Of a stretch of 64,000 nucleotides of DNA, positions 49,680 to 59,111 are shown one piece after another; position 1 is the first letter of the stretch; every line of letters begins with the position of its first letter. Origin of the DNA: Planctomycetota bacterium (GTDB lineage: Bacteria; Planctomycetota; UBA8108; SXIK01); NCBI GenBank assembly GCA_965223845.1, contig CBDCXR010000004.1:3008001-3072000 (forward strand), in the 5' to 3' direction. The notes beneath the pieces were generated by a model. That model made no database searches. It was given only the letters and a program-made list of their open reading frames with translations, and was not told where the DNA came from. The translations under genes and the position numbers were made by a program.

Positions 49680-50750
49680 TCACGCGCAGGACCCGCTCGT
49701 CACGCAGCTCAGTCCGTCCGGCGTGGGATCCGGTCCGCACGCGCGCCCCGGACTCGGCGGCGCGGGCCCCTGGCGATACAGATGAAAGAGGAGGAACAAG
49801 GCGTCGGAGACGCCGATGGCGCCGTCGTCGTTTGCATCGAGAGAGCTCGCGCAGACGACGATGGTGTCCACCTGGAAGAGACTGTTCAGGATCACGAGCG
49901 CGTCGGCGAGATCGATCGCGGAATCACCGTTCGTATCCCCGCGGACGAATCCACCCCCGCCGCAATCGACCGTGAGCGAGTACGCGCCCGTCTGGAGCGG
50001 CGTGAACGAGCTCACGAGTACATCGTACGTGCCCGCGGAGAGTGGAAGTTCGAGCGCCGCGGGAAAACCGGCGTCGGCGTCCGGCCTCGTGGCAGCGTCG
50101 ATGGGCTCGCAGTCCGCGCCGATCAATACGAGAAATGGGTCGAACTCTGCCGACCGGAGCTCGAACTGCACGCTTCCCGCCTCCGGGAGCACGACCCGGT
50201 ACCGGTCGAACGATTCACCGTCGGGAAGTCGACAGTCTTCGAGGCTGAGTGTCCCCTCGATCGACTCGCCGCACTCGAGCGCCTGTGACGGACAGATCGC
50301 GCAGGGATCGACGTTCGGCTCGCACTCGAGCGAGAGCTCGTACGCGCCGCGTACTCCCGGGTCCGAATTCGCGACGAGCACTACGTAGGAGCCCGGCTCG
50401 AGCTCTCCGCGAATGCACGCCGAATCGCCAGATTCTCCGCAGCGAGTGCTCGCATCGAGTTCGGTGCAGCTGTCGTCCGTGAGGAAGAGAATCGGATCGA
50501 ACGCTTCGGAACGCACGGAGAGCTCGTAGAAACCGGCGGCATCGATCTCGATCGGCCACGCGTCGAGAAAGACCCCGTCGTCCGGCTCGCAGCCGTTGCC
50601 TAGTTCCCGGACGGCGAGCTGTCCGCACTCGAGTGACCCGACGCCGCAGTCCGCGCAAGAGGTCACCCCACCCGTCGCCGGACGCAGAAAGGCTATGAGA
50701 GCCGCGATGGCGAACGCCGGTGTCGTCGAGCGGCGAACGACGGCGCTCAA
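49680..50750 (-). CDS. Secreted protein with two PPC (pre-peptidase C-terminal)-like domains + dockerin-like domain
   Basis: Two copies of SxxFDPxLxL...GxYxL; C-terminal FVRGDTNGD; the TTG start overlaps the upstream TGA (TTGA). Confidence 0.75.
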   Translation of the reverse strand: MSAVVRRSTTPAFAIAALIAFLRPATGGVTSCADCGVGSLECGQLAVRELGNGCEPDDGVFLDAWPIEIDAAGFYELSVRSEAFDPILFLTDDSCTELDASTRCGESGDSACIRGELEPGSYVVLVANSDPGVRGAYELSLECEPNVDPCAICPSQALECGESIEGTLSLEDCRLPDGESFDRYRVVLPEAGSVQFELRSAEFDPFLVLIGADCEPIDAATRPDADAGFPAALELPLSAGTYDVLVSSFTPLQTGAYSLTVDCGGGGFVRGDTNGDSAIDLADALVILNSLFQVDTIVVCASSLDANDDGAIGVSDALFLLFHLYRQGPAPPSPGRACGPDPTPDGLSCVTSGSCA

Positions 50751-51658
50751 GACTCAGCTCCTCGACCACGGAGGATCTCGTCGAGCGACACCTCGAACGC
50801 GTTTGCGATCTTCATGAGCGCGCCGATCGATACGTTCTGAGTGCCGCGTTCGATCATGCTGATGAAGGACCGCTCGACGCCAGCGGCTTCGGCTAGATTT
50901 CCTTGGCTCCAGCCCCGTCGCTTGCGGAGGGCGCGAATCGAATGACCGATGCCCGCGAGGTACTCGGACAAGGTCGGCCGCGTCGAGGAGACGCGAAATC
51001 GTTCCGACAGCAAATCGATCGCCTCGGCGAAGTTCTTCGCCCAGAGATCGACGCCCGGCAGTTCGTTTCCTCGCGCGACGAGAGCCGCGACCGCGCGCCC
51101 CCCCACCATCACGGCCGGAGCCTTTCGCGGCGCGGCCACGCGCCGCGTGAGCTCGGCGAGCCCTCCGATGTGTTCGTCCATCGTCACGGAAACCGCGACG
51201 AGGTCCGGCGACCGCTTCTCGGTGAATCGTTCCAGATCAGCGGCCGGGACGTCGCCGCCGAGGAAGTCCACGGTCCAGCCCTCCGAGCGGAGAATTCCCG
51301 CTAGCGCACGCGCACCGAATTCATGCGTTTCCCCCGGCGCCGCACAACAAACCGCGCGGAGTCCCGTGCGTCGGGACGCCGGGAACATCTCAGCGAGGCG
51401 ATCGACGTGGCGCGCACCGATCTCCGTGGAGCGATGCTCCTCCGCGACGGTGATTTGGTTCTCTTCCCACATCTTCCCGATGCGGGCGTGGGCGCGAGCG
51501 AGGATCGAGTCGCAGATGGCGGCGAGTCCGAGGCCGGCGTCGACCGCGCCGCCGAGAACCTGAAAGCCGGCGTCGAATCCACCCGCGAGCAGGGTGTCGG
51601 CGTACCGAATCGCAGTCCGATCGAGGTCCTCGGAGGCAGGGGAGCTGGAGTCATTCAC
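50747..51658 (-). CDS. Cobalamin-binding (CarH-type) sensor with C-terminal XRE HTH
   Basis: W-x9-EH (WEENQITVAEEH), ETHEFG, VSVT and VMVGG; C-terminal IRALRKRRGWSQGNLA...ISMIERG...IANAFEV. GTG 51658 is the likely start. Confidence 0.88.
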   Translation of the reverse strand: MNDSSSPASEDLDRTAIRYADTLLAGGFDAGFQVLGGAVDAGLGLAAICDSILARAHARIGKMWEENQITVAEEHRSTEIGARHVDRLAEMFPASRRTGLRAVCCAAPGETHEFGARALAGILRSEGWTVDFLGGDVPAADLERFTEKRSPDLVAVSVTMDEHIGGLAELTRRVAAPRKAPAVMVGGRAVAALVARGNELPGVDLWAKNFAEAIDLLSERFRVSSTRPTLSEYLAGIGHSIRALRKRRGWSQGNLAEAAGVERSFISMIERGTQNVSIGALMKIANAFEVSLDEILRGRGAES

Positions 51659-51684
51659 GGGCCGAATCCTGATTAATAAATTCT

Positions 51685-51701
51685 TCAGATTGACAGTCTG
51701 A
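51685..51701. promoter_or_regulatory. Palindromic operator candidate overlapping a TTGACA -35
   Basis: TCAGA-t-TGACA-g-TCTGA in a locally AT-rich spacer between divergent genes. Confidence 0.55.
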
Positions 51702-51789
51702 TTTAAATATGGCACAAAAGGGCCGCTGGGGGAAGAGGAATCCCCCCTTTCGTTTCGCTTCGGCCGGTCTGGCCTTCAAGGAGGTTGGG

Positions 51790-53112
51790 ATGAAACCCAC
51801 GCTCTCGTATTTCGGGGCTTTGTTGGTAGTTGGCTTGCTCAGTGCGCCCGCGTTCGCGCAAACGGGCACCGTAACCGTAGTCCACGGAGTACCGGGACTG
51901 ACCGTGGACGTCTACGTCAACGGCGATCTGACGTTCGAGGATTTCGCCCCGGACACGATCACCGATCCCATCGAGCTTCCCGTCGGTGACTACGACATCG
52001 CGATCACGGCACCCGACGCGGACATCGCGGACGCCGTCATCACCGGCTCCGCGGCGCTGACCGAGGGCGCTTTCGTTTCGATCGTCGCGCACCTCGCGGC
52101 CGACGGCAGTCCGACCCTCTCCCTCGTGCCGCTCGACCTGACGCCCTCGGACGAGGGAAGCCGACTCACCGTCGCTCACCTCGCCGCGGCTCCGGCGGTC
52201 GACATCTCGCTCCGCCGGGTCTTTCGCCGGATCGGAAAGGTCGAAGGCGCCGAAAACGGCGACAGCGCGACGCTCGATCTGCGCGCGGGCCTCTACTTCG
52301 CCAAGATCTTCCCGGCGGGATCGGACGACGCGGTGTTCGGCCCCGCGAAGCTCATCCTGCGCACCGGGTACCACCACGTCGTTTACGCGGTGGGTTCCCT
52401 TGCGGACGAGACGTTCAGGGTCCTCACGCAGAAGATCGAGATTCCCCCGGAGGTTCCGGCGACCAATCAAGTCTCGGTCGTTCACGGCGTGCCCGGAGCG
52501 ACGGTCGATGTCTTCGTGAACGGCGCTCTCACACTCGACGATTTCACGCCGGGCACCATCACCGATCCGCTCGCCCTCCCGGCCGGCGACTACGAAGTCG
52601 CGCTCACGGGGGCGGAAGGCGGCGATCCGAGCTCGCCGCTGATCTCCGACACGTTCACTCTGGGATCAGGACAAAACGTTTCGATCGTCGCGCACCTCAC
52701 CGAGGACGGTGCGCTGGCTCTCACCGCCTACGCAAACGACGTGTCGTCGATCGGCTTCGCACGAAGTCGCATCGTGGTGCGGCACAACGCAGCGGCGCCC
52801 GCCGTCGACGTCGCACTGCGACGATGGTTCTGGCGAGCCGCAAAGATCGAAGGACTCGCGAATCCCGACGAGGCCCAGGCGGACGTGATCGCTGGTCGCT
52901 ACTCGGCGACCGTCTTTCCGGCCGGATCCGACGATGCCGTGCTCGGCCCCGCTCGGCTCACTCTCCGCACGGGTGACGTCCAGGTCGTCTACGCGATCGG
53001 CTCGCTCGCCGACGAGAATCTCGGCCTCCTCGTTCAGCGGATTCCGGTGAACGACTGGCGCTCGAGCCTCTTCGATCTGCTAGCATCGCTCCTCGCTCGA
53101 CTCGCTCGGTAA
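51790..53112 (+). CDS. Secreted DUF4397 repeat protein
   Basis: AAGGAGGT RBS and signal peptide; duplicated VVHGVPG.TVDV(Y/F)VNG and H.AAAPAVD units. Confidence 0.88.
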   Translation: MKPTLSYFGALLVVGLLSAPAFAQTGTVTVVHGVPGLTVDVYVNGDLTFEDFAPDTITDPIELPVGDYDIAITAPDADIADAVITGSAALTEGAFVSIVAHLAADGSPTLSLVPLDLTPSDEGSRLTVAHLAAAPAVDISLRRVFRRIGKVEGAENGDSATLDLRAGLYFAKIFPAGSDDAVFGPAKLILRTGYHHVVYAVGSLADETFRVLTQKIEIPPEVPATNQVSVVHGVPGATVDVFVNGALTLDDFTPGTITDPLALPAGDYEVALTGAEGGDPSSPLISDTFTLGSGQNVSIVAHLTEDGALALTAYANDVSSIGFARSRIVVRHNAAAPAVDVALRRWFWRAAKIEGLANPDEAQADVIAGRYSATVFPAGSDDAVLGPARLTLRTGDVQVVYAIGSLADENLGLLVQRIPVNDWRSSLFDLLASLLARLAR

Positions 53113-53208
53113 CGAGCGGTGCGAGCACCGAGGCGCGAATGCACCCCAGCGAATGAGAATTCCAAGGGAGATTTCGCGCTCGCGCCTCGGTCGTCAATCA
53201 TTTCGCGT

Positions 53209-53248
53209 CCGGGGAGAGGATCGATCGAACGATCGCCCCTCTCCCCGG
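53209..53248 (+). terminator. GC-rich hairpin downstream of the DUF4397 gene (no U-tract)
   Basis: CCGGGGAGAGG-at-CGATCG-aa-CGATCG-cc-CCTCTCCCCGG. Confidence 0.45.
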
Positions 53249-53351
53249 TGGCGCGGTTCCCCCGAGCCGCCGCGGCTCAGCTTGAAAGACTCGCGGCCGG
53301 CGCGGGTGACCTTGAAGACAACTCTTCCCCACAAGCGTCGTTCGTACTCCC

Positions 53352-55538
53352 ATGCGACCAGCTTCCTTGATCTCGAGTGCGCTTCTCGGCGCCCTGCTCG
53401 CCGCCGGCGCCTGGTGGCTGTTGTCGAGATCGCTCGAGTCCGATTCGAGAGAGGTCGACACCGGAAACCGGGAGCCCGAGGTGGTCGACGCGCCGACCGG
53501 CGCGCCGGATGCGCCGATTTCGGACGCGCACGTCGGATCGGATTCCGTCGAGCCCCTCGATTCCGACGCACGGACGCTTCCGGTCGCTCCGCTCAGCCGT
53601 TCTCTCGTCGGCCGCGTGGTATCCGCGGAGGACGGCGCGGCGATCGAAGGCGCTCTCGTCGAGATCGCGCTCGATCTCCCCGGCGTACCGATCGACTCGC
53701 GTCCGCTCGCGCGGACCGAAACCGCCGGAGACGGACGGTTCGAGTTCTCGAGCTTGCCGGGACTTGGTTTTCGCGCGCGCGCATCTCACGACGGGCACCT
53801 CGATGCGACGCTCACGGGACTTCGGATCGGAAGCGAGATCGAGTTTCGCCTCGAGCCCGGCGCCCCGCTAGCCTGCCGAATCGAGCGACGTTCGGCCTAT
53901 GGCGTCGAGCCGATTCCGGAGTGCCGCGCTCGACTCCAGATCGCCGGTTCCGGCTGGACTCGAACCATCGAGAGCGATCGATCGGGAATGGCGACGATCT
54001 CGGGCGTCACGCGGGAGCAACTCGCTCGAGCCGCAGAGCTCGGTGAGCTCGAGCTCGCGGTTCCGGGGTACGTCGCTGCCGCGATCGAGCTGCCGCAAGA
54101 CCCGACGGGCCCGGCCGTACTTCTTTCTGCGGCGCGCGGTACGACCATTGCGGGTCGAGTCGTCGATTCGGTAACGGGAGCGGGGATAGAACACTCGAGC
54201 GTCACTACCGACGGGAACGCCGAGGTCGAAACGGATCACCGCGGAAGGTTCCGGATCCACGGAGCGGAGCGGTGGCTGCTTGCGAGCGCCGCCGGATACA
54301 CCCCGGCCGGAATCGATCTCCTCGCGCGAACCGATCTTTCCGATCTCTCGGATCCGCCGGTGGAGATCCAAGTGACTGTCGAGCTCGACGCGGGACTCAC
54401 TCTCCACGGCCGCGTCCTTCGACCCGACGGCACCGGAGTCGGCGGTGCGGAGGTCCTCGTCGATCCTCGCATGCTCTCGCGCCACGAGCTCCAGTCGGAG
54501 TGGACGGAGAGCGCCCTTCGATCCGGCTCTTGTCGCACGGACGCGAACGGGAACTACCGTCTGGACGGCATCGCTCGAAAGTGGATCAACGCGTCCGGAA
54601 ACCTCGCCCTACGAGTACGACCCGCGAGCTCCCACGGCTGGGTCGTTCACTATGTCCACCTCGATCTCACCTCCGCCGAATTCGCCCACGACGTCGTTCT
54701 TCCCCTCGGGAACGCAACGGGTTCCGTGCGAACGGCCGGCGGCGAGCCCGCGTCGGGTGCACGAGTTTCGGTCGCGTCCCTCGACGGACGCATCGGCCAG
54801 AGCGCGATCGCGGACGAGAGCGGCGATTTTCAACTGATCGATCTTCCCGCCGGACGGTTTCAAGCTGCCGTCGAGCACGCCGGTGCCACTCGAGTCGTCA
54901 CGACGCTCAGCGTTCCGTCGGAGCGACTCGAGTTTTCGCTCGATCCTACCCACGCGGTACGCGCTCGGATCGGCCTCGGCGCTCACCCGCTCCCTCCCGG
55001 TTTCTCGGTAGCGATCCCGCTTCTCGACCGAAAGATCCGCATCGAGCTGAAGCGCGCGCCCGACGATCGGGGGATCGTCGAGTTCGGCGACGTCCCTCGG
55101 GGGGCGTACCCGCTCCGCGTTCTGGCTCCGAGTCCGCACGCACCGTTTCTCCCTTACCCGGAGCAGTTCGAAACGCGGATTCACGTCGGAGACCAAGACT
55201 GGGAGGGCGACGTCGAGTATCCCATCGAGCCCGCGGGGACGGTCCTCTTCTCGTTCGCCGCAGAGGGCGGCGCGTCCCTCGAATCCGTAGAGATCGCAGT
55301 CCTCCATTTCCGGGGAGGATTGCATCGATACGGGTCGCCGTCGAGCTCGAGCAAGCGTTCGCACCGCCTCGCGATCGCTCGCGAGGAGTATCGCGCGCTC
55401 CTTCGCCCGGGCGACTACCTTTTCCGCTTCCGCTCGATCGATCCATCCGCAACGAGCCTCGAGTCGCGAGAGCGAATTGTCGTCCGTCGCGACGAACAGG
55501 CCGAAGCCGCGGTCGTGCTTCGTGCGCGCTCGCGCTGA
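53352..55538 (+). CDS. Membrane-anchored carboxypeptidase-regulatory-like (Cna-B-type) repeat protein
   Basis: N-terminal TM segment; repeated GRVV..G..I.GA.V...T...G.F units. Confidence 0.75.
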   Translation: MRPASLISSALLGALLAAGAWWLLSRSLESDSREVDTGNREPEVVDAPTGAPDAPISDAHVGSDSVEPLDSDARTLPVAPLSRSLVGRVVSAEDGAAIEGALVEIALDLPGVPIDSRPLARTETAGDGRFEFSSLPGLGFRARASHDGHLDATLTGLRIGSEIEFRLEPGAPLACRIERRSAYGVEPIPECRARLQIAGSGWTRTIESDRSGMATISGVTREQLARAAELGELELAVPGYVAAAIELPQDPTGPAVLLSAARGTTIAGRVVDSVTGAGIEHSSVTTDGNAEVETDHRGRFRIHGAERWLLASAAGYTPAGIDLLARTDLSDLSDPPVEIQVTVELDAGLTLHGRVLRPDGTGVGGAEVLVDPRMLSRHELQSEWTESALRSGSCRTDANGNYRLDGIARKWINASGNLALRVRPASSHGWVVHYVHLDLTSAEFAHDVVLPLGNATGSVRTAGGEPASGARVSVASLDGRIGQSAIADESGDFQLIDLPAGRFQAAVEHAGATRVVTTLSVPSERLEFSLDPTHAVRARIGLGAHPLPPGFSVAIPLLDRKIRIELKRAPDDRGIVEFGDVPRGAYPLRVLAPSPHAPFLPYPEQFETRIHVGDQDWEGDVEYPIEPAGTVLFSFAAEGGASLESVEIAVLHFRGGLHRYGSPSSSSKRSHRLAIAREEYRALLRPGDYLFRFRSIDPSATSLESRERIVVRRDEQAEAAVVLRARSR

Positions 55539-55614
55539 CGTGCCGCACGGCGAGGGTCGCTGCGGGATGATCGCCGGCAGCTCGCGATCTTCAGCAACGA
55601 TCGCGACGAAAGGA

Positions 55615-56505
55615 TCACCGTCGCGAGCGATCGGGCCGATGGTACAGCGCACGCGCGAACTCAGCGAGTTGCTCCATTGTATCGCAGTGCGCAGTCGATC
55701 GAATTCGTGCGCGCGTCCGGTCGTCGATCGCTCGCCCGCCGACCACGACGGCGACATCGAGCTTTCGTGCGCTGTCGTAGAGACGGGAGTATTCCCCGAC
55801 GAATTCCTCCACCGATTGGAGGTGAGCGACACTGATCCAGACAAGGGACGGTCGTTCCGTGCGAATCGCGTTCTCGAGGCTGGCCGGCGGCAAATCGACG
55901 CCGTAGGCCTCCGCGCGCCACCCGAGATCGCGAAGAGTCAGCTCCGCCATGGCCGAACCGATCGAGTACGGATCGCCGGAAAGGGATCCCCCGATCGCGT
56001 ACGGCGCGTCTGGGGCGGGCGCGTCGATCATTCCCCGCAGCTCGTGAAGAAAACGGGAGCAGATCTCGCAGGCGCGACGCTCTTGGTAGACGTCGACGCG
56101 ACCGTGTTCCCACGCGTCTCCGATCGCAACGAACGCGGGCGCGATCTCACGGTCGAAGAGCTCCGGAAGTGCGACTCCGGCTACGAACCGTGCGAGAGCG
56201 AGACTCCGAAACGCGCTCTCGTCGCCGGACTCGAGCGCCGCCCGAAACGAGTCGCTCGCGAGATCATCGCGGGACCCCGAGTCCTCGGTCTTCGGAAACG
56301 CGTCGGCGATTCCGAGGCGTTCGGGGTCCTCGGCGCTCCGTCCGCTCGCGCGGAGGAACGAAATGACACTCGCGGTGGTGATTCGACGGTGTCCGCCCAC
56401 GGTCCGCGTCGTGGCGAACACTCCCTTGTCGCACCAACGCTTGATCGAAGCCTCGCTCACCCCCAGAGCGATCGCCGCCTCCCGCGGCGAGAGCGAGTCC
56501 CTCAT
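55615..56505 (-). CDS. MerR/HTH_17 + B12-binding-fold regulator (CarA/CarH/LitR-like) lacking both His ligands
   Basis: N-terminal SPREAA.ALGVS..SIKRW...TVGGHRR; W-x9-ER; GDPYSIG; VVVGGRA. Confidence 0.85.
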   Translation of the reverse strand: MRDSLSPREAAIALGVSEASIKRWCDKGVFATTRTVGGHRRITTASVISFLRASGRSAEDPERLGIADAFPKTEDSGSRDDLASDSFRAALESGDESAFRSLALARFVAGVALPELFDREIAPAFVAIGDAWEHGRVDVYQERRACEICSRFLHELRGMIDAPAPDAPYAIGGSLSGDPYSIGSAMAELTLRDLGWRAEAYGVDLPPASLENAIRTERPSLVWISVAHLQSVEEFVGEYSRLYDSARKLDVAVVVGGRAIDDRTRARIRSTAHCDTMEQLAEFARALYHRPDRSRR

Positions 56506-56676
56506 TCGTCTCGCCCCCGAAGATCGAGTTCGTCCCCAACCGCACGCCTCGCGGCCCCGCGCTCGCCCCTCGGCTTCCGATCGCGGCCGTCTCCCCGACC
56601 GCTATGAGCCGGCGGCAGACGCCCCGAGTCCACGTGCGCGCACCGGCGCTCAGCATCGCGCAGCGACCAGACCATC

Positions 56677-56696
56677 AAATCGTTCAATACGTTCAC
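56677..56696 (-). promoter_or_regulatory. Operator candidate (tandem 9-bp TGAACG repeat), left copy
   Basis: Reverse complement GTGAACGTATTGAACGATTT is 18/20 identical to 56818-56837. Confidence 0.6.
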
Positions 56697-56774
56697 AGCT
56701 CGCCTGATCTCGAGGTCCACAGCGACCATGTTCGCTTCCGTTTTCGATTTTTCAAGACATCTTCGAGAATCGCA

Positions 56775-56803
56775 TTGACACCCACCTCTCCCGCCTTGAT
56801 AGT
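56775..56803 (+). promoter_or_regulatory. Sigma70-like promoter of the fatty-acid modification operon
   Basis: TTGACA (56775-56780), 17-nt spacer, GATAGT. Confidence 0.5.
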
Positions 56804-56817
56804 AATCGTCGTCTCGA

Positions 56818-56837
56818 GTGAACGTTTTGAACGTTTT
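56818..56837 (+). promoter_or_regulatory. Operator candidate (TGAACGTTT x2), right copy
   Basis: GTGAACGTTTTGAACGTTTT lies between the promoter and the desaturase ATG. Confidence 0.6.
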
Positions 56838-56841
56838 TGTG

Positions 56842-57834
56842 ATGGGCCACCCGACGTTGTCTGCCCCGAATCATGCCCCGAAATCCCGTACGCGGGAAGG
56901 CTGCCTCGCGCGGTGGCTCGTGAGCGATCCACCCGTTCCGACGCCAAGCGCGGACGACGATCGCATCGACTGGCTCCGCTGCGCGCCCTTCTTCCTCGTT
57001 CACGCCGCCTGCCTCGGCGTCTTCTGGGTCGGCGCGAGTGCGTTCGCGGTCGGAATCGCGATCGGCCTCTACGTCGTGCGCATGTTTTTCATCACCGCGT
57101 TCTATCACCGTTACTTCTCGCACCGATCCTTCAGAACGAGCCGCTGGGTGCAGTTACTAGGGGCCGTAGGAGCCTGCACCGCAGCCCAGCGCGGCCCGCT
57201 TTGGTGGGCCGCGCACCATCGCCACCACCACGCTCACTCCGACGGCCCGTCGGACAAGCACTCCCCGCGGCACCGGGGCATGATCTTCAGTCACATCGGC
57301 TGGTTCATGACACGCGGAAACTTCTCGACCGATCACCGTTACGTGCGGGACTGGGCCCGTTTCGCGGAGCTCCGCTTCCTCAATCGGTTCGACTGGGTTC
57401 CGTTTGTCGTTCTCGGCGCAGTTCTGTTCGCCGTCGGCGAGCTGCTCGAAGCTCGACGGCCTCACTGGAACACAAACGGCGCTCAGCTTCTCGTGTGGTA
57501 CCTGATCTCGACCGTGGCTCTCTACCACGTCACGTACACGATCAACTCGCTCGCCCATCGCTTCGGGTCGCGGCGATTTGAAACGCGGGACGACAGCCGG
57601 AACAACGCGATGCTCGCGCTCCTCACGCTGGGGGAGGGCTGGCACAACAACCACCACCACTATCCCGCTTCGGCGCGTCAGGGCTTCTATTGGTGGGAAA
57701 TCGATCTCACGTTCTATGTCCTACGATTCTTCGCCGCCCTCGGAATGATCTGGGGCCTTCGCCCGGTGCCGGAGCACGTGCGCGCCGCCGGCCGACCCGG
57801 CAAAGCAGCGCCGGCGCTCGAGGAGGCGCGATGA
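56842..57834 (+). CDS. Acyl-CoA (delta-9-like) fatty acid desaturase
   Basis: His boxes HRYFSH, HRHHH and HNNHH; GEGW; TM segments. Start 56842 or 56872. Confidence 0.92.
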   Translation: MGHPTLSAPNHAPKSRTREGCLARWLVSDPPVPTPSADDDRIDWLRCAPFFLVHAACLGVFWVGASAFAVGIAIGLYVVRMFFITAFYHRYFSHRSFRTSRWVQLLGAVGACTAAQRGPLWWAAHHRHHHAHSDGPSDKHSPRHRGMIFSHIGWFMTRGNFSTDHRYVRDWARFAELRFLNRFDWVPFVVLGAVLFAVGELLEARRPHWNTNGAQLLVWYLISTVALYHVTYTINSLAHRFGSRRFETRDDSRNNAMLALLTLGEGWHNNHHHYPASARQGFYWWEIDLTFYVLRFFAALGMIWGLRPVPEHVRAAGRPGKAAPALEEAR

Positions 57835-59111
57835 CGAGGATCACCGTAGCCAGTCCGCGTCCTCGCATCGCCATCGTGGGAACCGGAATTTCGGGTCTGG
57901 TCTCCGCCTACCGGCTTCACGACGAGCACGAGATTACGGTGTTCGAAGCGAGCGATCGCATCGGCGGGCACACCAACACCGTCCCGATCGAGCTCGACGG
58001 GAAGGACTATCGGATCGACACCGGGTTCATCGTATTCAACGAGCTCCACTACCCGAAGTTCACGCGGCTGCTCGCTGAGCTCGGCGTCGCGTCGCGGCCG
58101 ACCTCGATGAGCTTCAGTGTACGCTGCGACCGCACTGGGATCGAATTCAACGGCACGTCACTCCGAACGCTGTTCGTGCAAAAGCGAAACCTTCTTCGCG
58201 CCGGGTTCTGGCGGATGCTTCGCGACATCGTCCGGTTCGGTCGGACCGCGCCGAAGCTTCTCGAGGCGCCGGATTCGCTCTCGGTTCGCGCGTACCTCGA
58301 GAGCGCCGGATACAGCGAAGGATTCCGCGAGCGGTACCTCCTCCCGCTCGGTTCGGCGCTCTGGTCTTGCTCGAGCGAGACTTTCTCGTCGTTTCCGATT
58401 CGATTCGTGGTGGAGTTTCTTCACAACCACCACATGCTCCAGCTGCGCGATCGACCCGTGTGGCGGGTCATCGAAGGCGGATCGCACCGGTACGTGAGCG
58501 CGCTCACGCGTCCGTTTCGGCATCGCATTCGAACTCGCTGCGCCGTGCGGTCGATTCGCCGCTACGACGACCACGTGAAGCTCATCGGCGCGACCGGCAG
58601 CGTCGAACGCTTCGACGAGGTCGTCCTCGCCTGCCACGCCGATCAGGCGCTTCGACTCCTCGAGGATCCATCTCGCGATGAAGAGCGGATCCTCTCCAGC
58701 TTTCCGTACCAACGGAACGAGGTCGCGCTTCACACGGACACGTCGGTCCTTCCTCGAGACCGGCGCGCGTGGGCGAGCTGGAACTATCACATCCGCACGG
58801 ACCGTCCGCGATCGGCGACCGTCACGTACGACATGAATCTGCTTCAAGGGCTCGTCGCCCCAAACGAGTTCTGCGTGACGCTCAACGATACCGAAGGAAT
58901 CGACCCCGCGAAGATCCTCCGGCGCATCAGCTACGACCACCCGACCTTCGATCACCGACAGTCCGCGGCGCAAAAGCGACACGCAGAGCTGATTCGCAAC
59001 CGGAGAACGTCCTATTGCGGAGCCTACTGGGGCTACGGGTTCCACGAAGACGGCGTGCGCAGCGCGACTGCGGTCACCGAAGCGTTCGGGAGGCAGTATG
59101 TCCCGCAATAG
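57831..59111 (+). CDS. FAD-dependent oxidoreductase (COG2907 type; UfaD-like)
   Basis: [26 protein letters not shown] and GFHEDG; ATGA coupling to the desaturase. Confidence 0.9.
   Translation: MTRITVASPRPRIAIVGTGISGLVSAYRLHDEHEITVFEASDRIGGHTNTVPIELDGKDYRIDTGFIVFNELHYPKFTRLLAELGVASRPTSMSFSVRCDRTGIEFNGTSLRTLFVQKRNLLRAGFWRMLRDIVRFGRTAPKLLEAPDSLSVRAYLESAGYSEGFRERYLLPLGSALWSCSSETFSSFPIRFVVEFLHNHHMLQLRDRPVWRVIEGGSHRYVSALTRPFRHRIRTRCAVRSIRRYDDHVKLIGATGSVERFDEVVLACHADQALRLLEDPSRDEERILSSFPYQRNEVALHTDTSVLPRDRRAWASWNYHIRTDRPRSATVTYDMNLLQGLVAPNEFCVTLNDTEGIDPAKILRRISYDHPTFDHRQSAAQKRHAELIRNRRTSYCGAYWGYGFHEDGVRSATAVTEAFGRQYVPQ

Noticed and set aside
51659-56841. Cobalamin riboswitch near the B12-fold regulators
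   Set aside because: No B12-box-like sequence was recognised in either intergenic region; an Rfam scan would be needed to exclude it.
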